Assembly: GCA_965140415.1 (NCBI GenBank)
Contig: OZ223209.1
Coordinates: forward strand, 832,001-896,000
Length of the DNA: 64,000 nucleotides
Direction: 5' to 3'
Source: Myxococcota bacterium
GTDB lineage: Bacteria; Myxococcota_A; SURF-8
Each line of letters starts with the position of its first letter. Within the stretch, counting starts at the first letter, position 1. The position numbers were made by a program, and so were the translations under genes. A model generated the notes under the pieces. That model saw nothing but the letters and a program-made list of their open reading frames with translations, made no database searches and was not told the origin of the DNA. Of the stretch, positions 10,356 to 20,259 are shown in pieces.

Positions 10356-11504
10356 ATGGAAAGCAAAGGCTTGACCACGAAAGTGGGATTATTCGTCGCA
10401 GTTGGTATCTTACTGATTTTCGGTGTGGTTTTCATGCTTGGGCAGGAACGCAGCCTGTTTGAGCCGACCGCCAGACTGTACATTGCCTTCAGCGACGTCG
10501 GCGGCTTGAAACCCGGTGCGCAGGTGCGGCTGGCGGGCGTCAATATCGGCACGGTCGGCAGCATCGAATTCTCCCCGATTCTGGATGACAAGAAACTGCA
10601 TGTGGAAATCCACGTGCGAACCAAAATGTTGGAGCGTATTCGCAAGGATTCGGTTGCAACCATCGGCACGAAAGGTCTGTTGGGAGATAAAGTCATTGAA
10701 ATCACGATTGGAAATCAGAGTTCCGATCCGATCAACGAAGGATCTTTCCTGGCGTCTCAGGAGCCGCCCGATCTCTTCCAGATTCTGGAAAAAGGGCAGG
10801 CCTTGATTTCAAACGGTGCGGATGTCGCCTATGGGCTGAAAAACGTCATCAACAAGTTGACCGATGAAGAAAACGTCCAGAATGTCAAAGGAATCGTGTC
10901 TTCGGTCAACAATGTGCTCAATGAAATCGAAACTGGCGACGGCGTCGTTCATGGATTGATCTACGACCGCAAGGTGCAGCAGGATTTGAAAGGCACCATG
11001 TCCAATATCCGGCTGGCCAGCGCCGGACTCAACCGCAGCATCGCGCATGTGGAAAAGGTTGTCGAGGAAATCCGTACCGGCAAGGGCACCATTCATGGAT
11101 TGATTTACGATGAAGACGGCAAGCAGATCGTCGAAAATCTGCGGCGTGCCACCGCAACCATTGCCGAGGTGGTGGATGCAATCAAAACCCAGAAAGGTAT
11201 GCTGCATACTCTTATTTACGAAGAGGACAAGGGCAACATCATTCGTAACCTGAACGAGGCCACCGACGATCTACGCAAACTGACCCAGTATATCCAATCC
11301 GGTCAGGGGACCGTCGGAATGCTGATCAAAGATCCTACCTTATTCGAAGACTTGAAGATGATTTTAAGCGATTTAAAGCGTAACAAGGCACTAAAAACCT
11401 TGATTCGCATGTCATTGGAATCGGAAGAGCGCGAAAAACTGGACGAAGCCAAAATCTCGCCGCCTCCGCAACCGCCCGAGGAAGTTGAACCCGCCAGTGA
11501 GTGA
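10356..11504 (+). CDS. mlaD: MlaD/MCE-domain protein with helical extension
   Basis: N-terminal TM helix; GGLKPGAQVRLAGVNIG and GLLGDK MCE motifs; repeated GxGxxHGLIYD units. Confidence 0.9.
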   Translation: MESKGLTTKVGLFVAVGILLIFGVVFMLGQERSLFEPTARLYIAFSDVGGLKPGAQVRLAGVNIGTVGSIEFSPILDDKKLHVEIHVRTKMLERIRKDSVATIGTKGLLGDKVIEITIGNQSSDPINEGSFLASQEPPDLFQILEKGQALISNGADVAYGLKNVINKLTDEENVQNVKGIVSSVNNVLNEIETGDGVVHGLIYDRKVQQDLKGTMSNIRLASAGLNRSIAHVEKVVEEIRTGKGTIHGLIYDEDGKQIVENLRRATATIAEVVDAIKTQKGMLHTLIYEEDKGNIIRNLNEATDDLRKLTQYIQSGQGTVGMLIKDPTLFEDLKMILSDLKRNKALKTLIRMSLESEEREKLDEAKISPPPQPPEEVEPASE

Positions 11505-12426
11505 TTATCTGACCATCGTTTCCAAAAGCCTGGTCACGTCGTTGCGTGGCTGGTTGCTGGTTCTGGCCTTATTGGGTGTGCGTATGGCCATCGCCATCGC
11601 CGGAGCCTTGCCCTTTGTGCTGGGTATCGTCCTATTGGTGCGCTTGTTCCTTGCGGCTCCGATTGGCAGTGACGGCTATGCCGATCTGGATGTCCTATGG
11701 CGGCACTGGGTTCAAAATCCCTGGTTTATTACAGGGATAGCCGGAAGTATCGCTACGGTCTGGAGCATCCAATTTCTATTGGCAACCCTGCTGGATGCCG
11801 GAGTGGTGGGGGAACTGGCCAGGGCGGTGCGTGAAAAGCGCGAAGTGACGGTAAGTGGATTCATCAGTAGTTCCATGCATTTCTTCAGTCGTATGGTGCT
11901 GTTGCGCATGTTGTATGGTCTGGCAATGGTGGTGATAAGCGGGCTGCTGGCTATCGTCTTACTTCTCGGCCTTTTCGCATTGGGCCTGCAAGACGTCCAC
12001 CAGCTTTCCGATCTGGCGAATGCCGGTATGCTGCTGTGGACGCTGATGATTCTTTCGTTTGGCTCGGTTGTATATGTATTGTTGATTTTACTGGCAACCG
12101 GTATTGCGGCGGCAATGACGATGGACGACCTTCCGTTTGCCGACGCCTTCGCGTGTGGCTTTCGTCACGTTCGCGACCATGCGGATAAGATGCTGGTATT
12201 ATTCAGCTTTAGCTTTGTTCTCGTCGTATGGGTCGGGCTGTTGTCGTTGGCTGGAAACATTTGGTGGCTGCAACTGAGCGCCTTGGAGCAGAGCGCCTCG
12301 TGGGGAGCCACCGCCGCCAATGCCTGGGAATTGACCTTCGCGGTGTTGGGAGAATTCCTGTTGCTGTTCATCGTGACCAGTCAATTACAGATCTATGAAA
12401 AATGCCGGAGTTCGTCTTCGGAATGA
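11497..12426 (+). CDS. Polytopic membrane protein of unknown function
   Basis: About 6 hydrophobic segments; overlaps the mlaD stop (GTG at 11497; track start is 11485). Confidence 0.7.
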   Translation: MSDYLTIVSKSLVTSLRGWLLVLALLGVRMAIAIAGALPFVLGIVLLVRLFLAAPIGSDGYADLDVLWRHWVQNPWFITGIAGSIATVWSIQFLLATLLDAGVVGELARAVREKREVTVSGFISSSMHFFSRMVLLRMLYGLAMVVISGLLAIVLLLGLFALGLQDVHQLSDLANAGMLLWTLMILSFGSVVYVLLILLATGIAAAMTMDDLPFADAFACGFRHVRDHADKMLVLFSFSFVLVVWVGLLSLAGNIWWLQLSALEQSASWGATAANAWELTFAVLGEFLLLFIVTSQLQIYEKCRSSSSE

Positions 12427-12536
12427 CAGCTTCGCTTTTAGTCGCTTGATTTTTTGAATATTTTTCGAGATACTGGATCGAAATAGAGTGGAAGCCTAAC
12501 GTGGATGATTCACGCCGGATGGCGATGGAGAGAGTG

Positions 12537-13340
12537 ATGCACAGAATCCATCGGTCTTTTGTCTTATCGGTTTTGTTTCTGCTGGTTCCGTTGAACCTGC
12601 TGTGGGCACAGCAAGCGGAACCGTCGAAAAACACCAAGCAGATCAAGCGCATCCCGCGCGTGCTGCTGCTGATCGTCGAGCAGAATGTGGGAGAGGCCAG
12701 CAGTTCCTGGTGGACGGCGCCGCCAAGTGATAAAAGTGATAAAGGGGAGAATCCGCAGCAGAACCAACAGGTTCCGCCAGGAGCGTCCCCTAATCAGCCC
12801 ATGCCGCCGGGAGCCATGCCACAACCGAATGGCACCGGCGATCCGAACCAGCCGCCGCCCGGTTTTCCTCCGCCTGCGCCGACCGGCGGATTGATCACCA
12901 CCAGTTTGGGATTGGTGGAAAATCATTTTGCCGATGCCTTTCTTCACACCGGCTTCGAGGTCATCGACCACCAGGTATTATCCGGGAAAATCACCATCGA
13001 TGCACCCCTGCGCATTCCCTCGCCAAACAACCAGCAGGCCGCCCAGATCGGCGAACTGTTCGATGCCGACTTCGTACTGATCGGAAAAGCCGTTGCAACG
13101 ACCACCGGCAATATCGCCGACGTGCAGATCGTTTCGGCCCATGCGACCACGTCGGTGCGCGTGGTGGCGGTAAAAACGGCGGAGATCATCGCCTCCGGTT
13201 CCGAGGATGGCACCGGCGTGCATTCCAACAATCAGGTGGCCGGATCGAAAGCGCTGAAAGCTTCTGCTGAAAAGCTGGCGGACAAACTGATCAAGGCCAT
13301 AAACAGCCGTCCGGGAATCAAGGCATTTGTTTTCGATTAA
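12537..13340 (+). CDS. Secreted protein with Pro/Gln-rich insert and alpha/beta domain (CsgG/FlgT-like, tentative)
   Basis: Signal peptide ending LWA-QQ; PPG-rich linker; ADFVLIGK...VRVVAVKTAEIIAS pattern. Confidence 0.6.
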   Translation: MHRIHRSFVLSVLFLLVPLNLLWAQQAEPSKNTKQIKRIPRVLLLIVEQNVGEASSSWWTAPPSDKSDKGENPQQNQQVPPGASPNQPMPPGAMPQPNGTGDPNQPPPGFPPPAPTGGLITTSLGLVENHFADAFLHTGFEVIDHQVLSGKITIDAPLRIPSPNNQQAAQIGELFDADFVLIGKAVATTTGNIADVQIVSAHATTSVRVVAVKTAEIIASGSEDGTGVHSNNQVAGSKALKASAEKLADKLIKAINSRPGIKAFVFD

Positions 13341-13599
13341 GCGTTGGATTAATTTGCATTTTACATCGCCTACAATGTAAGATGATTTGAGTGTCTACGT
13401 TCTTACTCGCCACGTTTTGACCAAGCCGATTTGGAGTGAGAAGTAGTATTTAGTGACCTGGCGAAAACACGAAGATACCGAAATCTACACGATTCAACTG
13501 ATTGTTTAATTCAGCCAGGGTCGAATATTCGATAGACGAAGCCTGTGGCCGAGGTGCCATCGGCGTGATCCGTTGTGGATACCAAGTAAGGAGAGGTTG

Positions 13600-16500
13600 A
13601 TGCATTACCTAACCCCGAAACGAGCGTTGATGTTGACCATCGCCATAAGCCTGTTGGCTTTTAAAATGATTTCCTGCGATGGCGGTCTGGACTTGGGTTG
13701 TGGCGGCGAGGGCGACGAAGAAGGCCCTATGCGTATGTTGGAATGGGGTGAGTATCCCATCGAGGAGAAAGTGAACAACCTGGGGCAGGTTCGCTTGACC
13801 AACAATGCCTTTTCGTTTCTGGAACAGAATGCAGCAAGCATCATCGCCGCTGCGTTGGGTGGCGAGTTGGCCTTCGATATCCCGGAAGGTGAACTTTACG
13901 ACCTGTGGCTGATCGATTGCTCCTATTGCCCCGGTGACTGTCACCTGCAACTGGAAATCGCGTCGATCAATGTCACGCCGGTCGAGCCGGATCGGCTGGA
14001 AGTCAAAGTCCGTTTAACGGCTCCGGCTCCCGCGCGTCGCATCGTGATTCCCACGGGCGGCATCGGTTGTCTCGGCTGCAATGCATACATCAGCTTCCTG
14101 GATGACTTCGGCAACCACAATCCGTTGGAAATCACCGTGCCGATCTCCTTCCAGATCGACGGTGCCAGCCGCATGCTGAATCTGGTGATCGGAGATCCGC
14201 AGTTCGATCTGGACTCGATCGATTTCGGTGTGGAAAACTGGTTGGTATGCGATATCGCCAGTTCGTTGATCGATCTGCTCAAGGGGATCATCGCTCCGTT
14301 TATCGCCGATCCGATTTCCAATGCCGTCACCGAGTTGGTGGAAGGTTTCAAATGTGTCAAGTGTGATGAAGACAACAACAACTACTGCCCCGATCCCTTC
14401 GGCCAGGGCTTTAGCTGCGATACGGACACCACCATCTGCCGTCGTCCGGATGGCTTCTGCCTGTTGCAGCCGCTGGGTATCGAAATGGAAGTGGATATCG
14501 GCTCTTTCCTGGCCGACTTCATGCCGGGTGTGGAATCGAAGATCTGGCTCTCGCTGATGGCCGGTGGCCGGGCGGAAGTCAAACAGGGTGGTGTCGAAAT
14601 CGGCATGATGGGTGGTACCATGGTCCCGCCGGGTTCCGCCGATCCCTGCACCGACGAAGTCAACCTGCGTATCGACGCCCTGCCGCCGATCGAGGTTTCC
14701 AATGTCAACGAGCATCTCAATCCGCCTGCACCGTATCATTTGAGCCTTGCGATTCACGAAGTGCTGCTGGATCAGGCGGGATACACGATTCAGAATTCGG
14801 GCTTGCTCTGCCTGACTCTGGATGAATCCATTCCCGATGTCGGCGGCTTTATCGGACTGGCCAACTTCGCTCTGATCATGCCGTCCATCAAGAAACTGAC
14901 TCATGGCGCCAACGTCGCCACGGCGATCAAGCTCGAACCGGGCGATCCGATCGACTTCGCCATTATCGATGGTCCTACAGCCTTCCCCGATGTCGAAGGC
15001 GTGCCTTCCGGCGTGGATGTGGCGTTACAGGTACGCATTCGCGATCTGAAATTGAATGCATACGGCCTGATCGACGAACGTTTCATGCGTGTCTTCCAGC
15101 TTATGCTGGATGCCGACGTGACGCTGGGTATCGACAACCAGGAAGCGGCCATCCAGATCGTGTTCGGTTTGGACAACCTGGTACTGAAGAACATGCGCAT
15201 TCCGTATTCGGTGTTGGGTGAAGATCCGATCGAAATGCCGGACTTGATTGAAGGCTTGATTGACGGCGTGTTGACTGGTCTGGGTCTTGAAATCGATATC
15301 GAACCGTTCGAGATTCCGGGCTTCGACATCAATAGCGACGACGTCAACGATCTGTACATCGACATTCAGTCCATCGTGGGTGAAGTGCCGACCAGCACGC
15401 CGTCTGAATTCGCTGCGTTGAACGTCTACGCGGAATTGATCAGCGCCAATCGCGATGGCGAACGACCTGCACCCGAGTATGTGGCCGAAACGGAGGCGTC
15501 CATCCGTACCAGCTTCCTGCCGACTCCATTCGAATTCACGGAGAAGGGCCTGCGTCCGCGTGTCGAACTGGATCTGTCCGGTATCGATGCCGACGGCGGC
15601 AGCAGCCATTTGGAATATCAGTTGGCGCTGGATCAGAAACGTTGGACTCCGTATTACGCCACTGACAATCCGGTGATCAGTGTGCCGCGCTTGTACTTGC
15701 AGGGCAAGCACACCATTTATGTACGTGCCCGCGATGCCCGTTTCAAGCGTTCCGGCGATCCCACTCCGGTGGCGTTGAACTTCATCACCGACTTTACGGC
15801 TCCGAACCTCAGAATGATGCAGACCGGCAGCCAGCTTCGCTTTGTCGGTTCCGATAACGTATCGGGCACCAAGGATCTGAGCTATCGCTATCGTATCAAT
15901 GACGGCGCTTGGAGTGATTGGAGCATGGACAACCAACTGAATCTGGCGAACATCAGGAAATTCCCGGTGGAAGTAACTGCGCAGGTACGCGACGAAGTCG
16001 GCCTGTCTCAAACGGAGAGCCGCATTTACAAGAGCGCCGGTGTTAGCAAGAAGGCCGAGCGCGTAACGGCTCTGCCGGGAACCGGAACGAATGCCAGCGA
16101 TGGCGCGGGCTGCTCCAGCAGCAGCCAGTCCGGTTGGCTGCTGCCGTTGTTGCTGCTGCCGCTGGCCTTGTTGCGTCGCCGCACCAATTGGCGCGGAACG
16201 GTTGCACTGCTTGGCGTCGTTGGAATTCTATCGCTTAGTGCGCTGGGATGTAGCGATTCCGCTTCCGGCGAATGTCTCAAGAACTCCGATTGTCCCATCG
16301 GTCAGCAGTGCGTGAACGAACAGTGCGTACCGGCGGATGATATTACCGATGGCGATATCGAAGCGCCGGTTGGCGATGTCCCCGATCCGGATGGCGACGA
16401 GGAAAGCTCGATCTACTGCAACCTGGACGAAGGTATCGATTGTCCGAAGTGCTACTATTGTTCTCGTCGCAGCAATGTCTGTGTTTTGCAGCTTTGCGAC

Positions 16501-18612
16501 CCGGAGTGCACCGATGAATCGCTGGGCGTGGTGAGTTGCGAGGAAAGCACGGGAGATAGTTGTTCCCAATGCGTTACGACCAATGCGGCTTACGAATGCA
16601 AAGCGCCTCGCTGTACCGTGGCGAATGTCGAAACCGACTGCGCTTGCCGCACCTGCCCGGAAGGCCGGGCGGTGATCTGTCTCGAAGATACCGGCGTATG
16701 CGCCTGTTCGGACCCCTGCGGTGGTGGTTGCGGGGATGGTTCCCAGTGCTGCACCGCCTTCAACCCGGAAGGCTCCTGTGTCGCCTGTACCGAATGGTGC
16801 GAAGGCGTGACCTGCCAGCCGGGATTCAGTGTCGGTTGCCCGGGTGGCAGCGATCAATGCGGAAACCCGGATGAATTCACACTGTGCGACAACTACAATC
16901 CGGATACCTGCGATTTCTCCGGTCCCGGAACGCCTGGTGATCCGTCCTGTTCCTGCATCGAGAATGAACCGCTGCCCTTCGGCTTCTACGGACGTTTCCT
17001 GGGCATGGATATCTTCAACGACGAAGAAATCTGGCTCTCCGCATACAACGAGACCTACGGCGATCTGATTTTCGGTCGCGCCAAGGTCAGCACGATTCCC
17101 CCGGCAGGCAGTGAAGACATCGACTGGTACTACCTTGACGGTGTACCGGATGTCGATCCCGATGCTGCTCCCAGTGGCCCGCGTGCGGGTATCTCCAAGA
17201 AGGGCGCGGATGTCGGCAAGTTCACCTCGATCAAGCTTTCCGCCGAGGGCTGGCCGCGCATCGCCTATCAGGATGCGGACAACGGTCACCTGGTTTTCGT
17301 GTATACAAACGGCGAGCAGGACATCCCGGTTGACGGCGATGCCGATACCACGGTGGACGGCGATGTCGTGACCGATGGCGATGTCGTGACCGATGGTGAT
17401 GTCGTAGCCGATGGCGATGCGGATGTAACCGGCGGTGGCGGCGGCTTCCGTGGTGATTCCGATACGGTAGTTGTCGACGGCGATGTGGTTACCGATGGCG
17501 ACGCCGAAGTGGTCGTCCCCGATGGCGATGAAGACGTTCAGGTTCCCGATGAATGGACGGACACCTTAGAAGCCGGTTCCTATACCTGGACCAAGATCGT
17601 GGTGGATCACGAAGGCGTGACCGGCCTGTACAATGAATTATGGCTGGATGCACAGGGTCGCCCGGTGATCGTGTACATGACCAAGTCACAAGAAGATGGC
17701 GAAGGCAACGAATGGTCCCATCTGAAGCTTGCCATGGCGCGCGTACCGAATCCGACGGGACCGGAAGACTTTAGCATTATCGTGCTCGACAGCGCGTTGG
17801 TTGGTCCTGAATTCTGCGAAGAAGACGTCCCCGATGGCGATGCTGCTGCACCGGCGGAATCCTCCTGCACCTTCATGGACAAAGTCACCTTCGGTACCGG
17901 TTTGAATCCGACCATCGCGATTCGTCCGACGACCGAGCAGCCCGACGGCCAGTTCGAAGTCTACTACTACCACAACACCAGCTACGACGGCGTGGACAAC
18001 GTCAAGCAGGGCAACCTGATGCGCGTCTGGGTGGATGGCGGTATGCCGAACTACGACACGTTGGCAACCGGCTGGCATAAGGAAGTCTTTGCGGGTACCG
18101 GCGATACGCTGGTAACGGGCGATGTCGGCCAGTTCAATTCCTTCGCCGTGATGCAAACGACAGGCTGGTGGCTGGTGAGTTTCTATAACGCCACCTTGAA
18201 CCAGCTCCAGTTCATCTACGATTTCGGCGCGGGTGCGCGGTTGTACACCGCCGATGACGGTTGGTATCAGGACGATCAGGGCGACTGGCACCAGGATTAT
18301 CTGGGTGCGGATTGCGCCACGGTCATTTCGCCCAACGGCGTGCGTGTCATTTACCAGAATCAGACTCGAACCAAAATGATGTATTATTCCGGTCTGTGCA
18401 CGGTAAACGGTTGCAGCGACTCGGATCATACTCCGATTATGGAGCAGTCTACCGGTGAATACGGAAAGAGCTTTGGCTACTATCCGAACCAGTATCTCAT
18501 CGGCGTGAAGTCGGTGGTGGCGTCCTACGTAGTGGATATGATGTTCGAAGATTCCGACGATTACAAACTCTACGTACGATTGAACACCGCGCCGCCTACC
18601 GTCAATCCCTAG
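13600..18612 (+). CDS. Very large Cys-rich surface lipoprotein with internal MYXO-CTERM-like segment
   Basis: RBS AAGGAGAGG before ATG 13600; lipobox-like MISC; internal GAGCSSSS..WLLPLLLLPLALLRRR followed by a second lipobox LSALGC; Cys-rich region; DGDVVT repeats; C-terminal beta-propeller-like repeats (G-x-F/Y-x-S-I). Confidence 0.8.
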   Translation: MHYLTPKRALMLTIAISLLAFKMISCDGGLDLGCGGEGDEEGPMRMLEWGEYPIEEKVNNLGQVRLTNNAFSFLEQNAASIIAAALGGELAFDIPEGELYDLWLIDCSYCPGDCHLQLEIASINVTPVEPDRLEVKVRLTAPAPARRIVIPTGGIGCLGCNAYISFLDDFGNHNPLEITVPISFQIDGASRMLNLVIGDPQFDLDSIDFGVENWLVCDIASSLIDLLKGIIAPFIADPISNAVTELVEGFKCVKCDEDNNNYCPDPFGQGFSCDTDTTICRRPDGFCLLQPLGIEMEVDIGSFLADFMPGVESKIWLSLMAGGRAEVKQGGVEIGMMGGTMVPPGSADPCTDEVNLRIDALPPIEVSNVNEHLNPPAPYHLSLAIHEVLLDQAGYTIQNSGLLCLTLDESIPDVGGFIGLANFALIMPSIKKLTHGANVATAIKLEPGDPIDFAIIDGPTAFPDVEGVPSGVDVALQVRIRDLKLNAYGLIDERFMRVFQLMLDADVTLGIDNQEAAIQIVFGLDNLVLKNMRIPYSVLGEDPIEMPDLIEGLIDGVLTGLGLEIDIEPFEIPGFDINSDDVNDLYIDIQSIVGEVPTSTPSEFAALNVYAELISANRDGERPAPEYVAETEASIRTSFLPTPFEFTEKGLRPRVELDLSGIDADGGSSHLEYQLALDQKRWTPYYATDNPVISVPRLYLQGKHTIYVRARDARFKRSGDPTPVALNFITDFTAPNLRMMQTGSQLRFVGSDNVSGTKDLSYRYRINDGAWSDWSMDNQLNLANIRKFPVEVTAQVRDEVGLSQTESRIYKSAGVSKKAERVTALPGTGTNASDGAGCSSSSQSGWLLPLLLLPLALLRRRTNWRGTVALLGVVGILSLSALGCSDSASGECLKNSDCPIGQQCVNEQCVPADDITDGDIEAPVGDVPDPDGDEESSIYCNLDEGIDCPKCYYCSRRSNVCVLQLCDPECTDESLGVVSCEESTGDSCSQCVTTNAAYECKAPRCTVANVETDCACRTCPEGRAVICLEDTGVCACSDPCGGGCGDGSQCCTAFNPEGSCVACTEWCEGVTCQPGFSVGCPGGSDQCGNPDEFTLCDNYNPDTCDFSGPGTPGDPSCSCIENEPLPFGFYGRFLGMDIFNDEEIWLSAYNETYGDLIFGRAKVSTIPPAGSEDIDWYYLDGVPDVDPDAAPSGPRAGISKKGADVGKFTSIKLSAEGWPRIAYQDADNGHLVFVYTNGEQDIPVDGDADTTVDGDVVTDGDVVTDGDVVADGDADVTGGGGGFRGDSDTVVVDGDVVTDGDAEVVVPDGDEDVQVPDEWTDTLEAGSYTWTKIVVDHEGVTGLYNELWLDAQGRPVIVYMTKSQEDGEGNEWSHLKLAMARVPNPTGPEDFSIIVLDSALVGPEFCEEDVPDGDAAAPAESSCTFMDKVTFGTGLNPTIAIRPTTEQPDGQFEVYYYHNTSYDGVDNVKQGNLMRVWVDGGMPNYDTLATGWHKEVFAGTGDTLVTGDVGQFNSFAVMQTTGWWLVSFYNATLNQLQFIYDFGAGARLYTADDGWYQDDQGDWHQDYLGADCATVISPNGVRVIYQNQTRTKMMYYSGLCTVNGCSDSDHTPIMEQSTGEYGKSFGYYPNQYLIGVKSVVASYVVDMMFEDSDDYKLYVRLNTAPPTVNP
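17332..17530 (+). repeat. Coding 18-bp repeats encoding DGDVVT
   Basis: Repeated gatggcgatgtcgtgacc units. Confidence 0.8.
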
Positions 18613-18640
18613 GCGTTTTTTAAAGCGCGTTCGTTTCTCT

Positions 18641-18669
18641 CCGGCGGGTGGTAACACCCGCCGGTTTTT
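18641..18669 (+). terminator. Intrinsic terminator
   Basis: CCGGCGGGTG-GTAA-CACCCGCCGG followed by TTTTT. Confidence 0.85.
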
Positions 18670-18687
18670 CGTGGCGTGATGTTGAAT

Positions 18688-18789
18688 TAGAGTAGGCTTA
18701 TTGTTAGCCACGATTCGATGATATTGTGCCATAGTCTTACGCGATCGAAGATCGTGGAAGGCTGTGTGTCTTCAATAGGTTACACACGG
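18688..18789 (+). mobile_element. Truncated copy A of the structured MITE-like repeat
   Basis: Shares TGTGCCATAGTCTTACGCGATCGAAGATCGTGGAAGGCTGTGTGT...ACACACGG with copies B-D. Confidence 0.75.
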
Positions 18790-18982
18790 TGGGTGGCATG
18801 GGCTAAGCGCAGCTTGCCCATGGGAAATGAATAAGATGAACACGGGCAAGCGTCGTTTCTCTTCGCTTCGTCCCTGCTACACGTAAGCTTATGTTTCACC
18901 GCTACAAGAAGACATCGCTAATCGCCAATAGAGTAGGTATTATTTGAAATGCGCAACTTTACAAACTCGTCATTCTGAGGTC

Positions 18983-19168
18983 TATAGCGGTTCTTAATCA
19001 TTTTTAGCCATTAATTTGAATAATGTGTGCCATAGTCTTACGCGATCGAAGATCGTGGAAGGCTGTGTGTTTTCTTGTAGTTACACACGGCCTCCCGGAA
19101 TCTCCATTCCGTGAGACCATGGCACATCGTGATTACTCGATGGACAGAAATGAGTAATACCTACTCTA
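18983..19168 (+). mobile_element. Structured MITE-like repeat, full copy B (186 bp)
   Basis: TA ends, imperfect 29-bp terminal inverted repeats (20/29 by eye) and an internal four-stem fold. Confidence 0.8.
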
Positions 19169-19248
19169 GCCGAAGAATCTCGAATCGAACCTTCGTTGCA
19201 CTCTAGATGGCGATGTGTTATTTTGAGCCAGATAGAAATAATGTTGGC

Positions 19249-19435
19249 TAGAATAACTCTTAATCATTTTTAGTCACGGATTCTATGATTTTGTGCCATA
19301 GTCTTACGCGATCGAAGATCGTGGAAGGCTGTGTGTCTTCAATATATTACGCACGGCCTCCCGGAATTTCCATTCCGTGAGACCATGGCACATCATGATT
19401 ACTAGATGGACAGAAATGACTAATAGAGAGTCTCC
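19249..19435 (+). mobile_element. Structured MITE-like repeat, copy C with diverged ends
   Basis: Core nearly identical to copy B. Confidence 0.78.
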
Positions 19436-19818
19436 AGGCAACACGAAAACTTACTTGTAAGTAAAAATTCGGAGCGAATAAAATCATGAATCTTTTTTTA
19501 CAGATCATCGCCGATACCGCGTTCATTTTTTCCGTTTACGCACTCTTCGTTTTGCTGCGTCATGATAAAAGCTGACAATCATTGGGGTATTTCGGGACGT
19601 CGTCGCGGATGCCCTGTATTGCAAGCTGTTATAAAGTAACAATAATTCTATCCAATTTCTGCATACGCAAATAATCATCCATGAAATCAAACAGTTCCAC
19701 CACGATTCCGCCCTGCCGAAATAACATTTTTCCTTGACTCACCTGTCTAAATAAGTTACACAGGCGTCTGTGTTCATTCTCATTTCGCTCTTGTTGACAT
19801 CTGAAAAAGGTAAGTTGA

Positions 19819-20259
19819 ATGAAGCTGACAGCGCAAATTGAATATGCTTATTGGGCCCTGTTGGATATCGCAGAACGCTACGACCCCAACACCACCGTCA
19901 ACCTCAACGAGATTTCCAAACGAAACGGCATCCCGGAAAAATACCTGCTGCAAGTTATGCTGAAACTGAAAAAGCAGGGACTGGTTCGCTCGCGTCGCGG
20001 TAGCGGCGGCGGTTTCCAGTTGACAAAATCGCCGGACAAGATCGATCTGGCTGATGTCGTGCGCATTTTAGGCGGCGCTCAGCAGGAAATCCATACGGCT
20101 TTCAAAGGCAGTAGCAACGGCAAGCCCCCGCATCCCCGCTGTGCTTTCTTTGACATCTGGAAATCCGGTCACAACGCTTTCTTCAATGAATTGAAGGGCT
20201 TTGACTTGGAAACCCTGTTGAAGAAAGAAAAGCGCGCCAAAAGCCGCAAGCGGAAATAA
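19819..20259 (+). CDS. Rrf2-family transcriptional regulator lacking the three-Cys Fe-S motif
   Basis: MKLT..EYA..AL, IPEKYLLQVMLKLKKQGLVRSRRGSGGGFQL; only one Cys in the protein. Confidence 0.9.
   Translation: MKLTAQIEYAYWALLDIAERYDPNTTVNLNEISKRNGIPEKYLLQVMLKLKKQGLVRSRRGSGGGFQLTKSPDKIDLADVVRILGGAQQEIHTAFKGSSNGKPPHPRCAFFDIWKSGHNAFFNELKGFDLETLLKKEKRAKSRKRK

Noticed and set aside
14014-18732. Long antisense ORFs (296-353 aa), also seen opposite atpA, atpD, nusA and infB
   Set aside because: Shadow frames of GC3-biased real genes, with no recognisable motifs.
18688-19435. Possible CRISPR array or tRNA cluster
   Set aside because: Units are ~186 bp with irregular spacing, there are no cas genes, and the fold lacks T-loop and anticodon-arm features.
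19734-19766. Rrf2 operator (CCTGT...ACAGG, echoed at 20278)
   Set aside because: The palindrome is short and the spacing differs between the two sites, so it cannot be supported.
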